A DNA stretch of 63,510 nucleotides, counting the filler, from Collodictyon triciliatum (Eukaryota): NCBI GenBank assembly GCA_043381765.1. It is 7 parts of 7 records of this genome, joined end to end, with 100 filler letters (N's around TTAATTAATTAA, not from the genome) between each part and the next. Parts side by side here need not be neighbours in the genome. Positions count along the whole stretch, not along the records: positions 21,937 to 32,340 come from JBHJMP010002542.1; positions 32,441 to 43,312 come from JBHJMP010002543.1; 5 more parts are not named here. One strand, written 5' to 3'. The position numbers were made by a program, and so were the translations under genes. Positions 26,101-37,710 of the stretch are shown here, piece by piece. Below the pieces are notes generated by a model. The model did not search any database and had not been told where the DNA came from. It was given only the letters and a program-made list of their open reading frames with translations. Each line of letters opens with the position of its first letter. The first letter of the stretch is position 1.

Positions 26101-28639
26101 TAGAAAAAATGCATTGATATGTCACTGTGTTACCGTCGTCATAGATGATGTATCAGGAATGCATCAAAGACCAGACAGCCGCCCTTCGACTAGACCCCAA
26201 TTTCGTTGCGGCGAGAACAGAGAAAGGCGTGGCATTGATGGAATTTGGCCATCCTCAGGAAGCCATGGTCGAAATACAGCAAAGCATATCACTCCAGCCG
26301 GACAGAATGGAAACAATAATGATGAGGTAAAAAAAANNNNNNNNNNNNNNNNNNNNNNNNNNNNNNNNNNNNNNNNNNNNNNNNNNNNNNNNNNNNNNNN
26401 NNNNNNNNNNNNNNNNNNNNNNNNNNNNNNNNNNNNNNNNNNNNNNNNNNNNNNNNNNNNNNNNNNNNNNNNNNNNNNNNNNNNNNNNNNNNNNNNNNNN
26501 NNNNNNNNNNNNNNNNNNNNNNNNNNNNNNNNNNNNNNNNNNNNNNNNNNNNNNNNNNNNNNNNNNNNNNNNNNNNNNNNNNNNNNNNNNNNNNNNNNNN
26601 NNNNNNNNNNNNNNNNNNNNNNNNNNNNNNNNNNNNNNNNNNNNNNNNNNNNNNNNNNNNNNNNNNNNNNNNNNNNNNNNNNNNNNNNNNNNNNNNNNNN
26701 NNNNNNNNNNNNNNNNNNNNNNNNNNNNNNNNNNNNNNNNNNNNNNNNNNNNNNNNNNNNNNNNNNNNNNNNNNNNNNNNNNNNNNNNNNNNNNNNNNNN
26801 NNNNNNNNNNNNNNNNNNNNNNNNNNNNNNNNNNNNNNNNNNNNNNNNNNNNNNNNNNNNNNNNNNNNNNNNNNNNNNNNNNNNNNNNNNNNNNNNNNNN
26901 NNNNNNNNNNNNNNNNNNNNNNNNNNNNNNNNNNNNNNNNNNNNNNNNNNNNNNNNNNNNNNNNNNNNNNNNNNNNNNNNNNNNNNNNNNNNNNNNNNNN
27001 NNNNNNNNNNNNNNNNNNNNNNNNNNNNNNNNNNNNNNNNNNNNNNNNNNNNNNNNNNNNNNNNNNNNNNNNNNNNNNNNNNNNNNNNNNNNNNNNNNNN
27101 NNNNNNNNNNNNNNNNNNNNNNNNNNNNNNNNNNNNNNNNNNNNNNNNNNNNNNATATTAGTGACTAATTATCTATCGTGTTCACAGAGCGAAACCAACG
27201 AAAATAAAATAAAAATATTGACATATATTTGTATAGACTTCTCATGCGACCAACTCAAAACTCTTACCGAGCGATATTTGGATGAAAATGCGCGGAATTT
27301 GCCCCCAAGCACATTTAAAATTCAAAGAGAGGCTCTCACCAACACAATGGAACAATTAAAGGCAGTTCAGTCTTTCGTTGATAAGAAACCACATCCAACT
27401 TTTTCATTCCCCAAAGATGATACGAGCGAAGGAGACGCAGGCGAAACGGACCCTCGCACAGAAACAGTGCTGGAGAGTGTCACACCGACTCTCGCAAATC
27501 CATTGAAATTGGATGCTGAACATCAACCAAGATCTGAGGAACAAAACGTATGTGGTACGCAATCCCTTTTTACGGAGCCCAGTGCTTCCACGCAGGCCAC
27601 GGTCTCTGCGTTGGAACCCCATCAAGGAGACAAAGCGGCTGAATCGGCCTTTCAAATCCATCCCAAGGTGCGCTCCATTGCCCACTCCGATGTTACGGTT
27701 TGCATATTCATTCGATTGGGTTTCCATTTATATATATTTCACTTTCTGTAACAGCTTTCTTTCGTATTTTTGTTTTCGGATTAATACAAAGAAGGACAAT
27801 ATGGATGATTTAACTGAAATCAAGCATTGAAAAAATTTTGTGGTTGTTGTGTTACAGGCTTCTTTCATTCGCGACGAGAGACAGAGCGAGTCTGAATCGC
27901 ATGTGCACCAAACCGAAGCCGATGGTCATGAGCGTGGGACTGTTATAAGTGCCACTACCCCGTCAAAAAGGTCTTTTCTTCTTTGGGCTAATTTTGATTC
28001 GGAAAAATAATAATTGGGGGTGACACAATGAAATGAATCTACAATTTACACTTTTGCGCTCCTTTTGCTTTTAAAGATAAAAAATTCAACTCGTTCGCTA
28101 CCAACTTAGTCCGAAGAAGAAAACCGTTCAGGAGAAACTCCAAGAAATGACTCTTGATGAGCTTACAAAACTCAAGGCTTACATTAAGAAAGAAATCGAG
28201 ACTTTTGAAACAAACTATGAGAAAGTAAATTTCAATTCTATTTTATGTTTCTATTTGGTTTTTTGTTATTTGGTTTTTTGTTATTTGGTTTTTTGTTATT
28301 TGGTTTTTTGTTATTTGGTTTTTTGTTATTTGGTTTTTTGTTATTTGGTTTTTTTATTTTGGTTTTTTTATTTTGGTTTTTTTATTTTGGTTTTTTTATT
28401 TTGGTTTTTTTATTTTGGTTTTTTGTTATTTGGTTTTTTGTTATTTGGTTTTTTGTTATTTGGTTTTTTGTTATTTGGTTTTTTGTTATTTGGTTTTTTT
28501 ATTAGGTTATTGATCTTTTAATACCCAACAGGAGCATGGAAAGTTATCAAGAGACGACAAAAAGACCATCAGTGAGCTTAAGCTGCTATATATGAGGTAC
28601 AAAGCCGTAAAGAACGAGCTATCGAGAAGAGGGCAGTAG
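23156..28639 (+). CDS. N-myristoylated multi-TPR protein with C-terminal FAM13-like helical domain
   Basis: MGCLSS start; many TPRs (AHRGVCFFHMKKYQEAIHDYTK, YFERGG..KALDDFKSAIQLDP, AYHNRG); last exons LTKLKAYIKKEIETFETNYEK-EHGKLSRDDKKTISELKLLYMRYKAVKNEL; internal N gap 26337-27153. Confidence 0.8.
28251..28500. repeat. T-rich ~13-15-bp minisatellite (ttttttgttatttgg) in intron
   Basis: Direct reading. Confidence 0.9.
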
Positions 28640-29446
28640 GCGATTGAATCGCCAGGAACGACGGTTTGCTTCGTCTCTAAGTCTTGACCAGAATATCCCA
28701 CATTATTTCATAGTAATGATTCGAGAGGGGGGAAAACGAAACTTTCTCATGTAATGCCCAATCCATCGTCGCTGTGCACGGTGACAGAGTTTTTCCCATC
28801 GTGTCAATAATTGTTTGTAGTTTTCCTCAGCTTTTATTCCTTTCTCTATCGCTTTATCGATTTCATTTGTAATTTGGTGAAAATAAATCATTTCAACATG
28901 CCATCATTTTTTTTTTTACCTCTAATGTATTGAGGCTTCTGTTGGTTTGTTATGGGCGTCACTTGGGCACTCATGTATGACCTGTGGAATAGTTCATTTG
29001 ATTGGGAAACCGATAACCATACATCCCCGATAATTCTCATTCGTTTACCTTCCTGTCTTTTTTTGTTCTGTGGGTAGCACTTTCCAATGTGACGATATAC
29101 CACACTCTTCTATCTTACGGACCGTAAAAACGAGATAGGGTATATCCATCATTACGATTAGTGAATGAATTACTGGACAGTATCCCATTTGTGCAAAGTG
29201 TGATAGGAGCCAAGTTTTTTTGATTTATTCCTCCTTGTGTGTAGCCTTCTGATCAAAGCGATGAAAGAGTGGGATATCTCATTTGTCTTTTTTTATCTCT
29301 TTTTATTTTCTTCACTCGTCTTCTTCTTTTTTTTTTTTTTTTTGATTTTTCGATTGTTATTTTTGTTTGTTTGTTGTTCTTAGTCTTGGCTATTCCTGCT
29401 GGTTGTGGGAAACATGAAGGCATCAAGGAGTGAATCGGTAGCTCCC

Positions 29447-32150
29447 TTACTTGGAGATGAAGTACGCTTTTCCCTTCGGACTGTTGGTAGAATCAAACGG
29501 AGCAGAGACCAAGACTGTGTTTCCTTCAACGGCGACGTCGAATCCGTATCCATCAGACCCGCTTGCAATCGGCGAGTTGACGAAGTAACTCTCAGCCCAA
29601 TCATTCCCAGCCTTTGTAAAGATGTGCACAGAACCTACGAGACCAAACATTTTACATTAGAAGAAAAAAAGGGAAATAGAAAAGTCAAAACATTTAACCA
29701 TGCAGACGTATCAAAGAAACCGACAGTAAAATCTCATCAAACCTCGGATGCCACACGCCTCTCCATTCACGCAAGGCTTCGCTCCAACAACGAGTTTCGA
29801 GCCGCCACTGGAAAACCCGAAGCTGAATCCAAAGTGCTTTCCGGCGATGGTAGTAGCCGGTGTCAATACTTGAGTAAGGGTGTATTGGCCATTCGCATCC
29901 ACAGAGTACCTCAGAAGCGAGCCTCCATTTGCCTTGTCCGAGCCGTCGTTGACAGCAGAGACATAAAGGCTGCTGTCATGGAATGCGACGAGCCAGCCTA
30001 ATCCGAGCTTGCCACCGTTGGTCAGAGTTTGGAAGAGGACCCATTCTTCGTATTCGAACTTGAAGACAAACACTGCTTGGTCGGAAGTCGTGGACGGATT
30101 GTTGGAGATTGCAAGAGTCGTTTCGCTGGCGAGACTCACGGACTGGCCAAAGTGGTCGTCTGACTTTGGGGTTGGGGCGTTGATGGAGACTCTCTGACCC
30201 CATTTTCCATTCTGCTTCTTCCTGTAAACAAGTGCACTTCCAGAGTTTGTAATCTGCTCCGAGTAATCGTGAACAGGTACTCCGATGACAGTGATGCTGT
30301 CGATGTTGGAGAGGGATGCACCCAAGTTGTAGCTCTTTGCGGTCTTCCTGTATCGAATGATCGAGTCCTTCACAAAAATATCCTGAGCTTCATTCCACTT
30401 ATAAAAAACTAAAACTCCAATCTCAGTATTGATGTACGTAGACTTTGGGATTGATACAATCAGATAAAAAGCATTGAATATGACATTGTATCCAAAACTG
30501 CTATCTCTGTTCATGAAAGGGTTCTTAATTTTTCGGTGGTTGTCCCAAACTCCTGTCGTTATGTTCTTTTTGTATGCCAAGATATACCCTCCGTTGCATT
30601 TACTAGGAGTTGTGGGTTTGATACAAAAAGGAACAGAGACAACAGCTAAATTGTTACAGATTTCAACTTCATATCCAAAATTTTCTGATTTCACCTTATC
30701 ATACCAATCTACAGAGTTGATTTTGGCGGACACTGTCAGGGATTTGGAGCGAGACCTGCTGCGAGACCTGGAGCGGGATTTGCTGCGAGATTTGCTGCGA
30801 GACTTGGAACGGGACTTGCTGCGTGATTTCGAGCGAGACTTAGAACGGGACTTGGAGCGGGACTTGGACTGGGTGTTTGTTATCACCACAATTTCTGACG
30901 GGTTCCATACTTTAATGGTAGAATCGTCACTGCCCGATACAATATTCAGCCCATCCGGAGTCACAGCAACAGCATAGACAGTAGTGGTATGACCCGTCAG
31001 TGTGCGAAGCAAAGTTCCATCAGAGAGATTCCATACTTTGAGCTTTTCATAGCTTCCCTGGACAATGCGTAGACCATTCGGGCTGAGAGCGAGAGCAAAG
31101 GCACCTGAGGATCCTGTGAGTGTGCGAATCAAAGACCCATCCGAGTAGTTCCATATTTTGACATTCTCATTATTTCCTGATATTATTTTTGTACTGTCAG
31201 GTGTGATAGCCAAACTATTGACATAGCCAGCACCAGTGATCGTGCGAAACAAAGTTCCGTCTGAAAGAATCCAAATGGTGATGGTGTGAAAGTTCCCGCC
31301 AGCAATTATCTTGGTGCCATCGGGGGTTAAGATTGTGCTGTATACGTACCCAGTGCTCACACTGCGAATAAGGCTTCCTGTAGAAAGATTCCACACTTTA
31401 ACTGACGCATCTCCTCCTCCAGTCACAAATATTGTATTGTCAGGAATTACACGCAGGGCAACGACCTCAGCATTGATGCCAGAGTTAACTGTACGGATCA
31501 ACACACCATTAGAGAAATTCCAAATTTTGACCTCCATATCAGCCCCTGATAGAATTTTTGTTCCATCAGGAGTAATAGCGATACTGCGGACAAAAGAACC
31601 GTGCCCGTTCAGGTTACGTATCGAGGTGCCATCAACGAGGTTCCACATTTTGATTGAGTAGTCACGACTTCCTGATACAAGTGTTGATCCATCAGAAGAT
31701 ATCGCAACAGCATACACAATGCCTGTGTGGCCATTCAACGTGCGAACGAGATAGTCTTGAGCATTTGCGTAGAACAATTGGTTCTGGAATACTACAGGTA
31801 CGTTTTGTTTTTTTTTAATACAAGAAAATTCATCACTTTGACCTATGTCTTATTTTTATTTGGAATGAGTATTTTGACTTTAATCACTCATATAAATATT
31901 TATTTTAAAATTTTAAATTCATATTTCCTGATTTTTTTATATTTCATTCAGTTGATGTTTTCGCGTGTCTTTTTGAATTAATCCTTTTTTTATTTCACTT
32001 TTTTTATATATTTCTGTCTATCTTTCGGTTTCTTGTTCAACATACCCATTATTTTAAAACAAGATAACAAAATATTGGTGATATATGATTTTTTTTCATA
32101 ATATTACCCAAGACTAAGAGAGCCAAAAAGGAGAATTTTGCGACTTGCAT
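29447..32150 (-). CDS. Secreted WD40 propeller + (SKSR)n linker + FG-GAP propeller protein
   Basis: Exon 1 MQVAKFSFLALLVL joins to VFQNQLFYANAQD; seven WD40 repeats (GHT..V.AVA..PDG..IVSGS.D..IK.WN); SKSR tract; FG-GAP motifs (FGYEV, FGYNV, LGASL, FGQSV, FGFS, YGFDVAV); last exon ends at 29447. Confidence 0.85.
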
Positions 32151-32440
32151 CGTTCTGAGTAGAAAATAAGATGATATTAGTCAATCTGGCACACTTTAAC
32201 ATCTTATAGCACCTTGATCGTTTGTGAGATCATCTCAATCTTTTTTTCTTTTTTTCTTTTTTTCTTTTTTTCTTTTTTTCTTTTTTTCTTTTTTTCTTTT
32301 TTTTCCTTTTTTTCTTTTTTTCTTTTTTTCTTTTTTTCTTNNNNNNNNNNNNNNNNNNNNNNNNNNNNNNNNNNNNNNNNNNNNTTAATTAATTAANNNN
32401 NNNNNNNNNNNNNNNNNNNNNNNNNNNNNNNNNNNNNNNN

Positions 32441-32506
<66 letters not shown>

Positions 32507-32532
32507 TGTTTGATGGCGGGCAATCTTTTAGA

Positions 32533-34836
32533 ATGATGTTACGATCGGTTTTATCGTGGGGTTTGCGGAATCGCTCGCAATCACAGCCTTTTATTTCCAA
32601 GCGCTCGATGGGGTATGAGCAACATAATGGCCAAGTAAGCTCTCCGTATAATAATAAGAAGAAAATGTTTCGGTACAAGATAACTATTGTTAAAAGCGAG
32701 CCAGAAAAGAAACAAGATATAATTTATAATAAATGGAGGCTCATTTAGCTACTTGCAAATGAATAGCACCTCCATGTTGCATGCAAATAGCCTCGTTGAG
32801 ACTTATTTAAAAAAATATTTGATTTTATTTTTCTTCGCTTTGATATTTTGATATCTTGTTGTTGGGCTAATCGTGATAATTTGCTTATTTGTATCCAAGG
32901 TTATCCCGGCTAGACGAGAGAACATATTACACCAGGGGGTCACCCACAGCTATGAACCCTTTCATGCAAAGTTTCTGAAGGATAGAAAAGTGATTTTTTT
33001 TTCCAACACTAGCGATGTTTTTATATAAAGCATATACAGAAATCTTACCTCTTTATAGAATAATCTTTACTGGTTTGATGTAGCGGCAGTCTACTCTGAG
33101 GAATATTCATGTGGCTGTGGGGGATATGTAATTAATATAAACGAACATATTCGTCCTTTTTTTTTAATTTACAGACAGTCATGGAACGGACTAGAAACAA
33201 CCAACTGAATCAAACGGAAACAACCAAAGACGGGACGGTTTTATTGATGAATTCTAATCGAGACACTCAATCCACTACTGTAATGATGAAAGAGCTGTCG
33301 AATACTCAAAGGACCGAAGGTCATATTTGCCCGATATAACTTTTCTTTTGAGTTTTGAATCTTTGTATTGTATTGTATTGTATTGTATTGTATTGTATTG
33401 TATTGTATTGTATTGTATTGTATTGTATTGTATTGTATTGTATTGTATTGTATTGTATTGTTAAATGGAACGAAAATAAAATATCATTCTAGGAAACCGC
33501 GTTATTTATAGTATTCTTGCTGTGCCATTATTAATTCCCGCATTCATGTCTGTCAAGTATATCATCGACCCTGTTTATCGCGAAACGTAAGATATCCTTA
33601 TGCTCATCAAATATTAATTTGAACCAATCGTAAAATATTGAGAGATGATGCCTTCACTTTTTACTTGCATGTATGTCATTCAAAAAAATATTTTATTTGT
33701 GCAATTATGCATGCCTTTCAAACTTCCCTTATGTCTCTGCCTGTTTGTATAAATCTTTATTTTTATCCATCCTACAATAGTGTAAACCAAAGATTTAATT
33801 ACGAAAACGTGGAGCGTATCATTACCTCCAAATTCCAAAAGAACTCTGCTGATTCAATCGTCTTGGGATCAAAAGAAGAACCCTCTCAAGAGGCCCTTCG
33901 GGAGCACAATTATTCGGTCCAGTCTATTCCCGTTGAATCCGCCTCGAACGAGAGCGTACAACCGATTGAAAATCCATTAATCTCTGTAATCGGTGCCATC
34001 CCACCTTCCACAGAGTCCGACGCGCCACAACCACCCCAACTCGTTGATGAGCCAGTTTCAAATAGTACCCAGACTACAGAATCTTTGGATAGTGACCCCA
34101 TACCCATAACTCTGCCCATCACAGACGCGCCAACAAGCAACCCCGCACAAACAGTCTCATACAATACTCCACTCAATACCGATACAGAAAGCACCCCACA
34201 AACAGATACAAATCCGCCCCGGGAAACCCCATCCATGTCAGAGAATACACCGACCTCTGCCTCTGCCTCTGCCTCTGCCGGAGAAGCCATCCCGATAGAA
34301 AGTCCCCCTCAAGAAGCTGTTGTCATTGAGAGCGGAGCAGTGCAGCCAACGGCTGAAGTCCAAACGCCCATCAAGCGCGTCCCTCAGATTGACGATGACA
34401 TCTCCGACGCAATCAGCGAAATCGAAGTGTATCGTCCAAACTTTGATGCGGCTGTGCAGCCCAAGCGAGAGCGCATTGCCCCAGTGGCTCATGTGGATTT
34501 GCAGGAGTCGGAACGGCCTTTTGTGCGGGTGGAGCAGGCGATGCCCCAGCCGCGTCGCCCAGTGTTTGGTCCCAAATCACAGGAGCCCATCTACATCGAG
34601 GCCAACAACGCGGCTGCCTGGAGACGAAGGCTTCAGTTCCTCAAGAAAAACGAACCTGCAAAGGACTCTCCCCAGGTACGTTTTGAGACTGTCATAAAGT
34701 ATACCATTCTCTTTCTCTTTCTCTTTCTATTTCTATTTCTCTTTCTATTTCTCTTTCTATTTCTCTTTCTATTTCTATTTCTATTTCTCTTCTGTGATTC
34801 CACCAGCAAACAAGAAGAAGAAGAAAGAGAGTGTGA
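32533..34836 (+). CDS. Putative mitochondrial single-pass membrane protein with long P/S/T/E-rich region
   Basis: Arg/Ser-rich acid-free N-terminus MMLRSVLSWGLRNRSQSQPFISKRSM; hydrophobic VIYSILAVPLLIPAFMSV; long exon 33781-34675; short last exon QTRRRRKRV-stop. Middle exon structure uncertain. Confidence 0.5.
33364..33461. repeat. (TGTAT)n intronic microsatellite
   Basis: Direct reading. Confidence 0.95.
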
Positions 34837-35828
34837 AAATAACCGCATCACCTTTACTAGCGGAATTGTTGTCTCAATGAACTTATATAAGTTTGAGTGT
34901 GTTTGTTTATCTGCGTATGATTTATTCTTTAGTCCGTTTAAATGTCAACTAACAACCATATTCATTCGCACTGGTATGCGGTATACGTAAAGCGTGCTGT
35001 TTGGGAGGAAGATGTGCGAGCTTTGGAGCGCATCATTAACTCCGAATAACCTGGTTTTCATAGCTCCAGAAAACCAACAAACGGACCGACATGCCAAACA
35101 CGAGATGCGTCCACGCAGCCCCCCAGACAATAAAGGTGCAAAAGAAAAAAGAAAGAAAACAACAGTGGGGATTTCTTCATTTAGGATTTCTTTTCTTTTC
35201 TGTTTTCTGCTCTCATTTTGTGCGAATCCTGTGTGAGTTTGTTTAATCACGAGGAATAATATGCTGTGGAAAAGATAACAAGGAATGGGGCCAATATAAT
35301 ATGGGAAGCGGACTCAAATTTTTATCACTTGAAGGATTTCATCATCTTCTCCTTTGTTCTGGGCCAGAAGAACTTGTAAAAAAAGAAAAAGAAAAAGAAG
35401 ATAAAGCTGCGTGGAGCGTTCCTCTTTGCAGAAAAAGTGGGATGCATCAAACAGGAATCTACGACAATATCAAGATATTAATGTCAGCTTATTCGATAAG
35501 ACCTCATTCCCATTATTCAAAGTAATGATCATAACGATTCAAGCTCGATGCTGAAAAATGAAAAGAAACACGGGAAAGAAAGAAAAATAGACGACATCGT
35601 TGGTGCAAAACAAAAAAGGAGATATTGCATTACTTTAAAGGAAAGATGCAACCAAGTATCGCATTTATAAGCAACAGTTTTAAATTATGATTCATAATAG
35701 AGAATTAAGAATCGATACCTCGGCCCCAGTGAAGGGAGGGAGCAAGCAAGCTTCTGAAAAGAATAAAAAGAGAAATAGACGAATGGATGGGATAAGAAAA
35801 CAAACCATTTTCATTTCTGCAAGTGCAA

Positions 35829-36035
35829 CTAGCAGCACTTATCATTGGGCTTTGGAATAACCCACGGGTTCTCTGTGTTGGAGGCCTTGCCAGGAATGAA
35901 AGGATCGTCTGTGCAAGTGACAAAGCGAACAAGCTCGCTTCCAGAGGCCGTGACTTTCATGATCTTTGTGCTTCGATCCAATTCGCGGCGGAGTTGGTCG
36001 ACTTGTTCTTGGAGCTTCTTTGTCGAATCGGACAT
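35829..36035 (-). CDS. Heterotrimeric G-protein gamma subunit
   Basis: 68 aa: N-terminal coil KKLQEQVDQLRREL, MKVT, DPF, ENPW and C-terminal cysteines, matching the GGL/G-gamma pattern. Confidence 0.85.
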   Translation of the reverse strand: MSDSTKKLQEQVDQLRRELDRSTKIMKVTASGSELVRFVTCTDDPFIPGKASNTENPWVIPKPNDKCC

Positions 36036-36237
36036 GCTGCGGTTGTGGGATCTTTTTGTTTGATTGATTGGTTGGTTGATTGGTTGGTTGATTAATTAAT
36101 TGATTGATTGATGCATAAATTATATTTAATTGGCCAGAGTCAGGTCGGACCAAACAAAAATTATAATGAAAATGTAACTTCAGACTATTTTATTACAGGT
36201 CACTTGCTTCTGCAATATTGTTTAAACCTCTCGCGTA

Positions 36238-36310
36238 AAGAAAGAAATAAAAGAAAGAAATAAAAGAAAGAAAGAAAGAAAGAAATAAAAGAAAGAAATA
36301 AAAGAAATAA

Positions 36311-36402
<92 letters not shown>

Positions 36403-36536
36403 AGGAAGGAAGGAAGGAAGGAAAGAGGAGGAAAAGAAAAGAAAAGAAAAGAAAAGAAAAGAAAAGAAAAGAAAAGAAAGAAAGAAAGAAAGAAAAAAAG
36501 AAAGAAAGAAAGTAAGAGGAGGAAAAGAAAAGAAAG
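36238..36536. repeat. (GAAA)n/(GAAAA)n compound microsatellite
   Basis: Direct reading. Confidence 0.95.
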
Positions 36537-37710
36537 ATGACCGCGAATTGGGGCAACCCAGGTGGTTTGGTAGATTGAGATCACATCCGTAGAGCAGAGT
36601 TGATCACGCCAGGAGTTAACAAAAAAAACATATCCCATCTGCACCTGAGCAGCTTGAGAGATCTGAGTTGTTGGAAAATGTCCACAGAGCCCTCGGCCTC
36701 CACCCACAACGCTCTGCCGTGTTTCCAGACTGCGGCATTGCTGTTTGGGTTTCTCTGTGAGCGTTTGACTCCCTCCAACCAAGAGGAACTTTCTATGAAT
36801 TATCACATTATTCTAATTATTCATATATTGTGTATATCATGTATTTTATTAGTCACATGTATCACATATATATTAAAATTGTATAATTATAGCTATTAAA
36901 ATATATATTAGTATAGTTTCCAGATTATATCAATCACTTAATGCAATCACTCTCTATATTAAGAAACTCAACGGTAACGAAATTTTACTCGAGCTAATTT
37001 TCGGCGACGCGCCAACGGGAAAAAAAATTAAGATAAATGGGCACGATGGCTCCGATACCGGGCGTCCCAAAAATCAAACCCGCCGTATTGAGGGCAATCC
37101 AAGTCCCAACCCCATATGTAGCCCTGGGTTGTAGGACAGCCCGAGATCTTGGCAATAATAAAGCGAGGCGAAGAGGATGAGGGTGGATCATTCTTTTTTT
37201 CTTTGTCGCCAACACGCTCGGTCCTCCAACGACTAATTCTCTTGTGTGTGCGGTGGTTGAGGAGTCAGCAATTTGCGTCAGGGTAGGTGACCAAGGTTTC
37301 AGAGCGAAGAGTGACTTGACAAAAGAATGGTAGACCGTGTGATCGCCCTGTTTTATGTTCCACTTCCTGAAGACCCCACTTTTCTTGTCTGGTGGAATGG
37401 CTGGGAAAACCCTGGTTTCTGTGCGGCGTAAAGCTCCGATTTTGTGTGACTGCCGAACGTTGTGATCATCTCACCGCCAACTTCGAGAAATTGGAGTAAA
37501 TCATCAGCTCTGCGGCTTTTAAGTTTCTCTCGAAGCCGAGTTCAACAGCACGAAAAAAGTATCCAAAGGCACTTTCAAAGCACCTGACGCCTACTTGGCC
37601 ACCTCCTCTGGTGTTTTCTTCTCCATTCTGATCGCTGATGCATTTTTTTTCACCTCCAAGGAAAGCCTCTTCGACAACTGCGCTGCCTTGTGAGTTGCCA
37701 AAGAGAAAAG

